From Octopus bimaculoides (Eukaryota), in assembly GCF_001194135.2 (NCBI RefSeq), contig NC_068982.1, positions 177,251,209 to 177,283,211 of the forward strand: 32,003 nucleotides of DNA, in the 5' to 3' direction. Numbering within the stretch: the first letter of the stretch is position 1; every line of letters starts with the position of its first letter. The position numbers and the translations under genes are program-made. The notes beneath the pieces were generated by a model that was not told the origin of the DNA, did no database searches, and saw only the letters and a list, made by a program, of their open reading frames with translations. Shown piece after piece: positions 1-10,297 of this stretch.

Positions 1-1
1 A

Positions 2-410
2 GCAGGAGAGGCAATAGATGAGGTTGGTAGAAGTGTAGGTGAAGGAGTCGGTGATGTGATAGGGTCGGTGATGGGTGCTGGTGAGGAGGGTGGTGTTGGA
101 GAGGTAAGGGCAAGTGCGGGAGCGTGGGCGGGAGCAGGGGAACGAGCCTGGCTGGGAGGTTGGGTTGGGGAAGAAGCTGTGGGCTCGTTTGAAAGAGGGG
201 AGTGGTCGATTAGGGAAGATGTGGGAGGTGGAGGGGTCGGACTGGAGGCGCCGAAAAGCTCGGAGAATGGAGCGTTGGAGGGGTAGGGTGGTGGGATGGT
301 AGGTGAGGGGAAAAGGGAGACGGGAAACGGCAGGGCGAGTTCGGGGGGAGAGAGCAGATGCACGGTCCACAGAACGTGCTCTGGCAAGGGCGGTGTGGAT
401 GGTGGTGGGT
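2..410 (-). mobile_element. Penelope-like retroelement fragment: RT-to-endonuclease linker and start of GIY-YIG domain, running off the window edge
   Basis: Hand translation of an ATG-less, stop-free minus frame: [23 protein letters not shown]...[76 protein letters not shown]...[20 protein letters not shown]. The LTYHP, FKR, CxxPRxxTCPY and [14 protein letters not shown] motifs are characteristic of Penelope-like elements. The segment is GC-rich relative to its flanks. Confidence 0.88.
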
Positions 411-413
411 CAT

Positions 414-862
414 ATATATATATGTATATGTATGTATATATGTATATATGTGTGTATATGTATATATAGGTGAGTATATGTATGTGTATATATGTATATA
501 GGTATGTATGTGTGTGTATATGGATGTGTATACATGTGTATATATGTGGATGTGTATATGTGTGTATACGTATTTGTATGTATATGTGTATATATGTGTA
601 TATATGTATGTATATCTATGTATGTGTATATGTGTGTATATATATGTATGAATGCATATGTGTGTATATATATGTGTGTTTATGTTTGTGTGTATGGGTA
701 TGTGTATATGTGTATACGTGTGTATACATATATATATGTACGTATATGTATGTATATATATATGTGTTTATATGTATGTATATATATGTGTTTATATATA
801 TATATGTGTTTATATGTATGTATGTATTTGTATGTATGTATGTATGTATGTATATGCACATG
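414..862. repeat. Degenerate (TA)/(TG)/(TATG)n microsatellite field
   Basis: Directly visible; a similar field resumes after the gap at 1438-1700. Confidence 0.97.
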
Positions 863-1437
863 NNNNNNNNNNNNNNNNNNNNNNNNNNNNNNNNNNNNNN
901 NNNNNNNNNNNNNNNNNNNNNNNNNNNNNNNNNNNNNNNNNNNNNNNNNNNNNNNNNNNNNNNNNNNNNNNNNNNNNNNNNNNNNNNNNNNNNNNNNNNN
1001 NNNNNNNNNNNNNNNNNNNNNNNNNNNNNNNNNNNNNNNNNNNNNNNNNNNNNNNNNNNNNNNNNNNNNNNNNNNNNNNNNNNNNNNNNNNNNNNNNNNN
1101 NNNNNNNNNNNNNNNNNNNNNNNNNNNNNNNNNNNNNNNNNNNNNNNNNNNNNNNNNNNNNNNNNNNNNNNNNNNNNNNNNNNNNNNNNNNNNNNNNNNN
1201 NNNNNNNNNNNNNNNNNNNNNNNNNNNNNNNNNNNNNNNNNNNNNNNNNNNNNNNNNNNNNNNNNNNNNNNNNNNNNNNNNNNNNNNNNNNNNNNNNNNN
1301 NNNNNNNNNNNNNNNNNNNNNNNNNNNNNNNNNNNNNNNNNNNNNNNNNNNNNNNNNNNNNNNNNNNNNNNNNNNNNNNNNNNNNNNNNNNNNNNNNNNN
1401 NNNNNNNNNNNNNNNNNNNNNNNNNNNNNNNNNNNNN
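863..1437. other. Assembly gap (N run)
   Basis: 575 N, flanked by TA/TG repeats. Confidence 1.
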
Positions 1438-1472
<35 letters not shown>

Positions 1473-1597
1473 GTATATTTATATGTTTGTGTATGTATGT
1501 GTATGTATGTGTACGTATGTTTATATGTATGTGTACGTATAGGTATACGGATATATATGCATATATATATATATATATATATATGTGTATGTATTTT

Positions 1598-1628
<31 letters not shown>

Positions 1629-1893
1629 CTGTGTGTGTGTGTGTGTGTTCGTATGTATATATGAGTGTGAGTTTTGACGTGGGCATGTATATATATATAC
1701 ATAAATGAACTTATGGGAGTAAACGTGGATTTGTTTGTGTATATATATGAGCATACACATTAGTATAAATGATTATATACACTCATCTCAATATTTTTGT
1801 AGAAACACAAGATTAAAACCATTTATATTGCCTTTTTATTACATAACATTTATCTCCAAATTTTATCGGATTTATATCAGCCTATCTTCTCCC

Positions 1894-2549
1894 NNNNNNN
1901 NNNNNNNNNNNNNNNNNNNNNNNNNNNNNNNNNNNNNNNNNNNNNNNNNNNNNNNNNNNNNNNNNNNNNNNNNNNNNNNNNNNNNNNNNNNNNNNNNNNN
2001 NNNNNNNNNNNNNNNNNNNNNNNNNNNNNNNNNNNNNNNNNNNNNNNNNNNNNNNNNNNNNNNNNNNNNNNNNNNNNNNNNNNNNNNNNNNNNNNNNNNN
2101 NNNNNNNNNNNNNNNNNNNNNNNNNNNNNNNNNNNNNNNNNNNNNNNNNNNNNNNNNNNNNNNNNNNNNNNNNNNNNNNNNNNNNNNNNNNNNNNNNNNN
2201 NNNNNNNNNNNNNNNNNNNNNNNNNNNNNNNNNNNNNNNNNNNNNNNNNNNNNNNNNNNNNNNNNNNNNNNNNNNNNNNNNNNNNNNNNNNNNNNNNNNN
2301 NNNNNNNNNNNNNNNNNNNNNNNNNNNNNNNNNNNNNNNNNNNNNNNNNNNNNNNNNNNNNNNNNNNNNNNNNNNNNNNNNNNNNNNNNNNNNNNNNNNN
2401 NNNNNNNNNNNNNNNNNNNNNNNNNNNNNNNNNNNNNNNNNNNNNNNNNNNNNNNNNNNNNNNNNNNNNNNNNNNNNNNNNNNNNNNNNNNNNNNNNNNN
2501 NNNNNNNNNNNNNNNNNNNNNNNNNNNNNNNNNNNNNNNNNNNNNNNNN
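1894..2549. other. Assembly gap (N run)
   Basis: 656 N. Confidence 1.
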
Positions 2550-2571
2550 ATATATATATATATATATATAT

Positions 2572-2611
2572 ACGATGGGTTTCTTTCACTTTCCGTCTAC
2601 CAAATCCACTC
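2572..2611 (-). mobile_element. Short SINE fragment (same family as 9967-10297)
   Basis: acgatgggtttctttcactttccgtctaccaaatccactca closely matches 10221-10261. Confidence 0.85.
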
Positions 2612-4946
2612 AGAAACGCCTGCGTGCGTGTATATATTTAAATAGTATTTGAGATTCTTTCTACATGAAATTTCGCTTGGGCTTTTTTCATCGTCTTTAA
2701 GATATTCCTGATTTCTCGGCTTTTAGACAGATTTTTAGTTACCATTATGTGTATTTACATTAAATGTACGTATGTTAGTATCGCAGCGATAAATCCATCA
2801 AACTTGTTTGTTTACAATAAAATATCCACCTTGCGGTAGCATACAAGCTTGAACTCATTATTTATCAATTCCAAACATAACGGTATTTGTTTTCTCGCTT
2901 TTTATGATGTATTATATTTAGGAAGACGTTTACTTCACTTGTAATGAAAAATGTGAAACTTTCTAGCATAAAGATTTTAATGTGTTTTGGCATGATATGA
3001 GACAATATGAATGGTTATTTATGTATTTATAATGAAAATGAGGCTAATTATATTTTAATGGTGACGAATAGACGTTTCGCTTTCGAGAACAATTGCCTTG
3101 ATAATTTCAAAACTAAATTGTTCTTCTATTGTACTTTTTGTAATTTTTCTTACTACATTTTTCTATTGATACATACTGGGGTTATAGAAGAATCATCATC
3201 CAATGCCAACATTCTTACTGCAAAAATAAATATTACTCATGTTATTTGCTTAAATGTTGTTTTAAACGTGTGTAAATTATAGTCATCTAAACTACATTGT
3301 TTATAGATAAAAGAGATCACAGAGAAATAATTTAACAGAATAATTATTATAAAGTTAGCACAATGAATGTATAAATATATAATTATCTACATAAACAAGA
3401 TATCTCAGTGTAGAACAAAATATTTGCGATGGATGTATAGTAGTCGGGTTTGAAATCTGATTTTACCAGATATATGTCCTACAAATGGCCCAGTTCGTTT
3501 TACTGTACTTACAGGTAAATGTGCATCCTGTGAATAGATAACACTAATATTGAAAAATAATGGTTTGGTGTTTAAAAGACAAGATATATTTCTAATAATG
3601 TGGTTCCGGATTCTATCCCACTTCGTGATGTGTTTTACAAGTGTCTTCGAATAAAATTTTTTGATTGATCAGATCTTGTAATTGAAAACATAGTCTCAGA
3701 AACTGTTCAGAACCCTATAGCATAGACCATCCTTATAATCGGGTTTTGCATTTAAATTCTTTCCAGATTGAATACCAATGACTTGCTCGCGATTGGCTCT
3801 AGGAGAGCGCTTAGTACAGCATACTTTCTGATGAGGATTACCGAGTTAACAACCATTTCTTGATGATCTACTTCTTATGGAAACTCCACTACTAGTAGTG
3901 CCTTACTGTCTTTCTTTAATCAGTCTTGCACGCATCAAAATACGTCCTCTCATGACCAATTAATAAAACGCATAGAGTTGATTATTGTTTAACTGCACAA
4001 TAATTGATACGGAGTTCACTTTTCTTCATTTGTTTTACATTGAGAGTAAGTTAATTTGACATGACCTAAATCAGCTACAAGAAGACAAAAATTTAATGTG
4101 ATGCACCTACATCCATGATGGGTATAGAGCTCCAAATTAAAATAAATATTCTTGATATAATGTAATATAAAACACATAAATTAACGACGATTTCAATGTA
4201 GAGAACGATCTTGTAGAATTATTCTGAATTGTGTTACTAATTTGTATGATTTCTCTTGAAAAAGTTAAATTGTTGCAAAGATAATGTAATTTGTACTGCA
4301 AATTTCAATTAATTTATCATTATGACTAAAAGCAAAATCTCAATATTTTATAGTGGAAAAATAGGAAAATCTGATATCCATTGTTATGCATAATATATAC
4401 TGACGTGGTGGAATAGTCATGAATTTCGTTTCCTGCTCACTGCGCTGTACTTTGGGTAACTGTCTATGATACGGCATCATACTGACGCACATGTTTTGGG
4501 GCTACAACGAGATGATAGGAACAGCGTGAAAGTTTGTTGGATAGATTGTAGCTATATTCCAAATGACCAACATTGTTGCACCCAGGTTCTGCATGAAGAT
4601 TGTATTAAGGGAAAACATGTTAACCACCTACATATTAATATAATGTGTTAGTAGATAAGCTGATCGAGTAACTTAAATAATCACCATAGAAACCTATACA
4701 TGATCCATTTACCTTATCTAATTGTGATGAGAATGAAGTTGCCCTACATGGAAAATGACACTGCATTGTGTACATGATTTACAGGAGGTAAACTGTTACA
4801 GCGATCACCACATTCCATAAAACAATATTGTCGTGAATAATGCTGAAAATACATTGCTTTATGTCAAAAGAATGAATGACAAATGGCGAGTACATACTAT
4901 AGAGGATATGTTTTTTTTTATTGAAACTAAAACTGACGTTTTTCAA

Positions 4947-5012
4947 ACTACTGCGATCTTCAGACGAAATACCACTGCGATCTCTTGGCGAAACGCCACT
5001 GCCATCTTCAGA
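4947..5012. repeat. 24-bp tandem repeat, about 2.7 copies
   Basis: actactgcgatcttcagacgaaat / accactgcgatctcttggcgaaac / gccactgccatcttcaga. Confidence 0.85.
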
Positions 5013-5219
5013 TATTTACTTTTCATGACATTTTGTGTCAGTTTATATTTGAGAATTCATGGGCAATTGAGCTTAGTCCATCAAAAATGCAAATATCTTG
5101 CATCTCTAACATAGTGCATTATATTATTGTTTCATACACCATATCATCACCCAATGTTATACTACGTATTAGGTAACAAATTGCTCTATAATTAGAATCC
5201 TTTCAACTAAGTACTATCT

Positions 5220-5320
5220 TCAGAGTGGTGTTACATCCACGACCGATAGGTCGTGGGTTCGATTCCCGGATCGGGCATCGCGTTGAGTTCTTTAGCGAAA
5301 CATTTCATTTTTCGTTCTTA
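5220..5320 (+). mobile_element. tRNA-derived SINE head
   Basis: Stem-loop ccacgacc-gata-ggtcgtgg followed by the Pol III B box ggttcgattcc; similar to the SINE head at 13476-13614. Confidence 0.7.
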
Positions 5321-5383
5321 TGCGGATGGGAAAATGGCCGAAATTTCGGTACAATTTTTTACTTCCCCTTGTGTGTATGTAAT

Positions 5384-5384
<1 letters not shown>

Positions 5385-5438
<54 letters not shown>

Positions 5439-5498
5439 TATACATACATACATACATACATACATACATACATACATACATACATACATACATACATA
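5385..5498. repeat. Compound (GATA)n(CATA)n microsatellite
   Basis: Directly visible. Confidence 0.98.
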
Positions 5499-5544
5499 CT
5501 TTCGTAGTATATATTCTCTGTCTTTTATGAACAAACATTTCATA

Positions 5545-5776
5545 TTAAGTCCTTTTCTTTCCTTTTACTTTATTTTTGGGGTGGTGGGGTGTTCTGGAGG
5601 CAAGGCTAGAGGTCATCTCCTTTGAAGATTCTCCAGAACCAGTGAGATCGTCGCCGTTAAAATTAGAAGTAAACAGAAATATATGTATTCTAGGAGGAAT
5701 TCCAGAAGTGTGATGTTCTGGAGAAGAGATTTTCGTTGTAGCTACAGCAGAACATATGGGGCTGGAGAGCGACTGC
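5545..5776 (-). CDS. Candidate terminal coding exon, Ser/Thr/Pro-rich, product unknown
   Basis: Pyrimidine-rich acceptor cctttcctatcgttccatattttttag, then a 76-codon open frame (QSLSSPICSAVATTKISSPEHH...KNKVKGKKRT*) in locally GC-richer sequence. No homologue recognised. Confidence 0.25.
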
Positions 5777-6961
5777 CTAAAAAATATGGAACGATAGGAA
5801 AGGCATAAGCGTGTCGATCAAGTTTATGTGCAGATGGCACGCGCCCGACTAGTATGGCCGAGGAGGATAGTTTTTCTTAATCTTTTACCGACAAATGAGA
5901 GGATATTTATAATGAATATTAAAAGCATTAAATAGTTTCTTAAGTGCTTCAGTTTTTTCTTTGACCAGTAAAGATGCTTGTAAATTTATGGTCATATAGA
6001 TTGCGATACATATATGTTTCTTATTCCTCCGGTAATAAAGCATTTTTACTTAAGCAATCATACTCTTAGGAGTTAACTTTAGTGGAAAAGTTCAGATGTG
6101 TTTAATTGAAGTGTAGAAATTCCTATTGAAGACTTATCTATAAGGTATTACTGTTGTCTTTATATACAACGAAGGAAACTTTAAGATGAATTTTAATAGA
6201 CTTATGAGCAATTTGTCATTGAGAGTCGTATTATAGACCAGATGTAAGGGAAATGGTATATAAATGATATGGTAGGGGAATTGAATATAATTTTATAAGT
6301 CAATTGAAATCGATATGTCTGTGAGACAAACAAAGAGAAAGGAGGACTAGAATAGAGAGAATGAGGACGTGCAGGAGGAGAGAAAAGTGATATCTGAGAA
6401 TATGATATAAAATAAATGTAGAAATAAATTCTATTGCTAAGGTTTCTCTTGTATCAGATAAAATGGAAATATAAATGGAGTGAAAATAATCTGGTTTATA
6501 TATAAAAAGTGAAGTGATTCTAGATATACAGCAAATAGGGGAACAGAAAAGAGAAAGAGACAGAAAGAGAAAATAAGGACAGAATTGAAAAGGAAATAGA
6601 CTGCCGGTGGTGTCTATGTGTTAAATACCTGTTACAGAGGTAATCGATTACATTGAAAGAGAAGCAGGCGTTAAAACTGGTTCTGAATAAATAAAGAATT
6701 CCGCAAAAGGATAAAAGAATAATGCAATAGAGAAATACAGAGTAGCGTGACCTGTTGGATATAATAAAACTACCTGTAAATAAGCTACAGAAGCAACAAT
6801 ATAATTTTAGAGACATACACCTACTGGCTATGTATAACACTTCACAAACTATATAAAATTTCTTAGAATAAGCAAAAGTGATTGTAAGTAGCAGCAGTCT
6901 TGTAGTCGATAAAATCAATCTTAACATATTACTGGTACTAACGCGGTGACATTAGCTCGCC

Positions 6962-7045
6962 AGTTGAAATTAACGTGCAAGTGGTTCAGAGTCTTGCAGA
7001 CACACGTACCCTTAACATAGCTTTCGGGGAGAATGTCATAAGTGC
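6962..7045 (-). mobile_element. 3'-region fragment of the SINE family seen in full at 21583-21947
   Basis: The reverse complement matches the agggtac..gtgtct..cacttgcacgttaattt segment at about 21845-21895. Near-duplicate of 7864-7944. Confidence 0.8.
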
Positions 7046-7222
7046 AGAAATATTAGCTCGCCGGGCAAAACGATTCGCAGCATTTAGTCCGTCTTTACGT
7101 TTTGAGTTCATATTCCACCGAGGTCGATTTTGCTTTTCACCCTTTCCAAATCACTGCAGTCGATGTAATCGACTTAAACCCCTTCCCCGAAAATGCTGGT
7201 CTTGTATCAAAACTTGAAACTA
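7046..7222 (+). mobile_element. tRNA-derived SINE (second family), diverged
   Basis: gcagaaatattagctcgccgggc...gagttcatattccaccgaggtcgattttgc...gtcgatgtaatcgactt...aaaacttgaaac; matches the reverse complement of 18885-19085. Confidence 0.85.
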
Positions 7223-7800
7223 ATAGATTACTGGTACTTAGGATTGCAGAAATTCTGATGGTAAAGTCATTAGTATTTTCATTTTAGTCTTTTAACCTCC
7301 ACCACTGCTCTTTCTCCATATTCATCGCATAAAGTTCCTAGAACATCATTGCATTCAGCTGTAACTAGGTATCTTATGTTGGTACAACTCAATGTAGGGC
7401 TGATGAGAAATCTGTGATTAATAATTATGCTTTAAATGCAACATTAATTTCATGCATATCAGAAATCAGCTAAGGGTAGAAGTATCTGTTGTATACTCAA
7501 ACACTTATGCAATGAATGGATAGTTTCCTTAATCGAACAACTGAAACATACCTCATCAAATGTTAATGGGGATACATTTAATTTTTGGACAAGTGAAAAT
7601 ATACACGTGAGTGTGTATACGTGTGTATACATATATGTATCTATCGATATAAATATGTAGCTATCTTAATAAGCATCTTTTTTTTATTGAATTTGTTTTT
7701 TCTAGAAGGAAGGATTTGATTTCTTATCTAAATCAAAATCCTGGTTCATTCAAGTACAACAGAATAAACCACATTTCCCTCTTTTGTCTACCTGGAACAC

Positions 7801-7944
7801 AGCCGGTTACGACAACGAGGGTTCAGCTGAATCCTTTCAAAGAAACATCTTGCTGGTGTGCTCTTGAAATTAACGTGCAAGTGGCTCTGAATCCTGCAGA
7901 CACACGTACCCTAAACATAGTTTTCGGAGAGAATGTGATAAGTG
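7801..7944 (-). mobile_element. 3'-region fragment of the SINE family seen at 21583-21947
   Basis: The reverse complement ends ...gaaccctcgttgtcgtaaccggctg, like gaacccacgtagttgtaaccgacg at about 21913-21936. Confidence 0.8.
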
Positions 7945-7974
7945 TAAACCTTTTGAAATACGGGTACTACTTAC

Positions 7975-8055
7975 TTTTTCCAGCTGAGCAGGAAACTGCT
8001 CCGCACAAATCCACCTTGAGTGTTCTCCACAAAGCGTCATTTATTCGCCTGGATC
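7975..8055 (-). CDS. Candidate internal coding exon (81 nt, phase 1-1) of an unidentified host gene
   Basis: Acceptor aatgaatgttttcctttag and consensus donor aaaaa|gtaagt. Length is a multiple of 3 and only one frame is open: xSRRINDALWRTLKVDLCGAVSCSAGK. GC is higher than the flanks and the sequence is not a repeat I recognise. Confidence 0.5.
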
Positions 8056-8099
8056 CTAAAGGAAAACATTCATTTCTTTGTAAGAGGCTCCGCTATGTG

Positions 8100-8154
8100 T
8101 TGTACTATATATGTGTGTTTATATATATATATGTGTGTGTTTGTATACATGTGA

Positions 8155-8232
<78 letters not shown>
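8100..8232. repeat. (TA)n(TG)n microsatellite
   Basis: Directly visible. Confidence 0.97.
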
Positions 8233-8234
<2 letters not shown>

Positions 8235-8630
8235 TACACACACAAGCGAATTTAACTTAGATATACTGAATAATCCTTGGAGATACAAATCAAAGCAGAT
8301 TTATAGCATTTTATTTCTGATAAGAAGGCTGAAAAGCTTCTCAGAAGCAGCTTTACAGAAGCAAAATGTATTGAAAACTATTTTGCCCATAAATATAAAT
8401 TTATTCCTGAATTAAGTAATTCATTAAAGCCTAGCCTATAACTGATCAATATTAATCAGTCTGCCAGAGATTACTGTGATTAATAGCAAGTCATATACCA
8501 TTTAAGATTCACATAGAAATACGTATATATAACCTAAAATATACATATATTCGGACATACATATCTTTGTGTATGTGTATGTGTATGAATTGATAGGTAG
8601 AGAGAAACACATACATATACACAAGCGTAT

Positions 8631-8671
<41 letters not shown>

Positions 8672-9034
8672 NNNNNNNNNNNNNNNNNNNNNNNNNNNNN
8701 NNNNNNNNNNNNNNNNNNNNNNNNNNNNNNNNNNNNNNNNNNNNNNNNNNNNNNNNNNNNNNNNNNNNNNNNNNNNNNNNNNNNNNNNNNNNNNNNNNNN
8801 NNNNNNNNNNNNNNNNNNNNNNNNNNNNNNNNNNNNNNNNNNNNNNNNNNNNNNNNNNNNNNNNNNNNNNNNNNNNNNNNNNNNNNNNNNNNNNNNNNNN
8901 NNNNNNNNNNNNNNNNNNNNNNNNNNNNNNNNNNNNNNNNNNNNNNNNNNNNNNNNNNNNNNNNNNNNNNNNNNNNNNNNNNNNNNNNNNNNNNNNNNNN
9001 NNNNNNNNNNNNNNNNNNNNNNNNNNNNNNNNNN
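8672..9034. other. Assembly gap (N run)
   Basis: 363 N, with (TA)n on both sides. Confidence 1.
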
Positions 9035-9049
9035 ATATATATATATATA

Positions 9050-9930
9050 ATATGCCCAAACCTACTCCCCATTTTTGGGAGGGGGTAGCCACACGAAGAT
9101 ACATACCAGGTATTCCATTCATTTCCCAGCTCAAATAGACGAGCACCATTCAATGCATGGGTCAAGGCATAGAACGCAACCCGCAATATCAGCAGCGGGG
9201 CCCGAGAGCATATGCTGGTTTACCCACGCGGCATCATGCTGATTCCGTACCCCTTTGAGCAACATCAAATTCACTTATCCGTCCACAAACACTGTCCAAG
9301 CTTTCCTATCATTTATAAACTATCTTGGCTCTCTCACTCCAACACCTCTAACCACCAAAGCTTTTCTCACCCCATCCATCCACACAGACCCCCACGTCTC
9401 TGCACTATATAACATTGTTGGCACAATCACCTCCACTAACATCTCACGATTTATACTCACATCCCTCCTACCATGAATTCTGTCTCTCGAACATCTCATC
9501 ACCTTACTCTTAGCTACATTCACTTTCAGTTTCCTCCTCTCACACACTCTTCCAAACTCTTTCACCAGTCTCCTCAGTTGCTCCGCCGAATCCGCCACCA
9601 GTGCTGTATCATCAGCAAACAACAACTGACTCACCTGCCAGTTCTCTCCATTTTCTCCTACCATTTGGACTACCCCACCAAGGGTTCTAGCATTCACTTC
9701 TCTCACCACTCCATCCATATATAAATTAAACAGCCACGGCGATATCACCCAACGCTGTCTTAACATTACCTTCACATCAAACAACTCACTTACTTCACCA
9801 CCAACACTAACGCACACCCTACATTCTCTACGAAAACTCTGTAATGCTCTCAACAATCTACGATCTACTCCATACAACCGCAACGCCTGCCACATTGCAT
9901 CCCTATCCACACGGCCATATGCCTTCAAAA
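9050..9930 (-). mobile_element. 5'-truncated, internally deleted RTE-clade LINE (reverse transcriptase, C-terminus and probable 3' UTR)
   Basis: ORF 9320-9928 has KAYGRVDR, LRQRWVISPWLFNLYMDGVV (LRQGC.MSP.LFN consensus), LLFADDT, LKVNVAKSKVM, IVPTMLYSAETWG and WMDGVRKAL. The frame continues past a stop as DRKAWTVFV*. The 3' boundary near 9050 is inferred. Confidence 0.92.
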
Positions 9931-9966
9931 ATGCCTAGAGAAAACATACAAATATATATATATATA

Positions 9967-10297
9967 TACTCTTTTACTCTTTTATATGTTTCAGTCATTT
10001 GACTGCGGCCATGCTGGAGCACCGCCTTTAATCGAGTAAATCGACCCTAGGACTTATTCTTTGTAAGCCTAGTACTTATTCTATCGTTCCTTTTTGCCGA
10101 ACCGCTAAGTTACGGGGACCTAAACACACCACCATCGGTTGTCAAGCGATGTTGGGGGGGGGGACAAACACAGACACACAAACATATACACACATATACA
10201 TACATATATATACATAATATACGACAGGCGTCTTTCAGTTTCCGTCTACCAAATCCACTCACAAGGCTTTGGTCGGCCCGAGGCTATAGTAGAAGAC
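9967..10297 (-). mobile_element. SINE with internal (TA/CA)n microsatellite and (AAGAGTA)-like tail; head lies in the gap
   Basis: tactcttttactcttt tail, gtttcagtcatttgactgcggccatgctggagc..., ggacaaacacagacacac, microsatellite, then acgacaggcgtctttcagtttccgtctaccaaatccactcacaagg. Parts recur at 2572, 11103, 11924, 13735, 16537 and 24210. Confidence 0.9.

Noticed and set aside
470-2652. Long ORFs (296-412 aa) in the supplied track, and similar ones at 8502-9186, 10139-11140, 11684-12155, 13099-14363 and 24659-25132
   Set aside because: They are translations of TA/TG microsatellites and N runs, not coding sequence.
3513-3953. Minus frame with few stops (MRGRILMRARLIKERQ*...NSF*DYVFNYKI*SIKKF...DAHLP) ending at a gtaagt donor; considered TGA-as-Trp or a 15-nt microexon
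   Set aside because: TAA stops also interrupt the frame, no protein family is recognisable, and a microexon cannot be supported without RNA data.
6520-6927. 135-aa hydrophobic ORF, possible membrane protein
   Set aside because: It is the antisense of an A/G-rich tract, which yields F/L/S/I-rich frames by composition; no family motif.
7297-7411. Minus open frame FLISPTLSCTNIRYLVTAECNDVLGTLCDEYGERAVVE as an exon
   Set aside because: Weak donor (gttaaa) and its phase does not match the 7975 exon.
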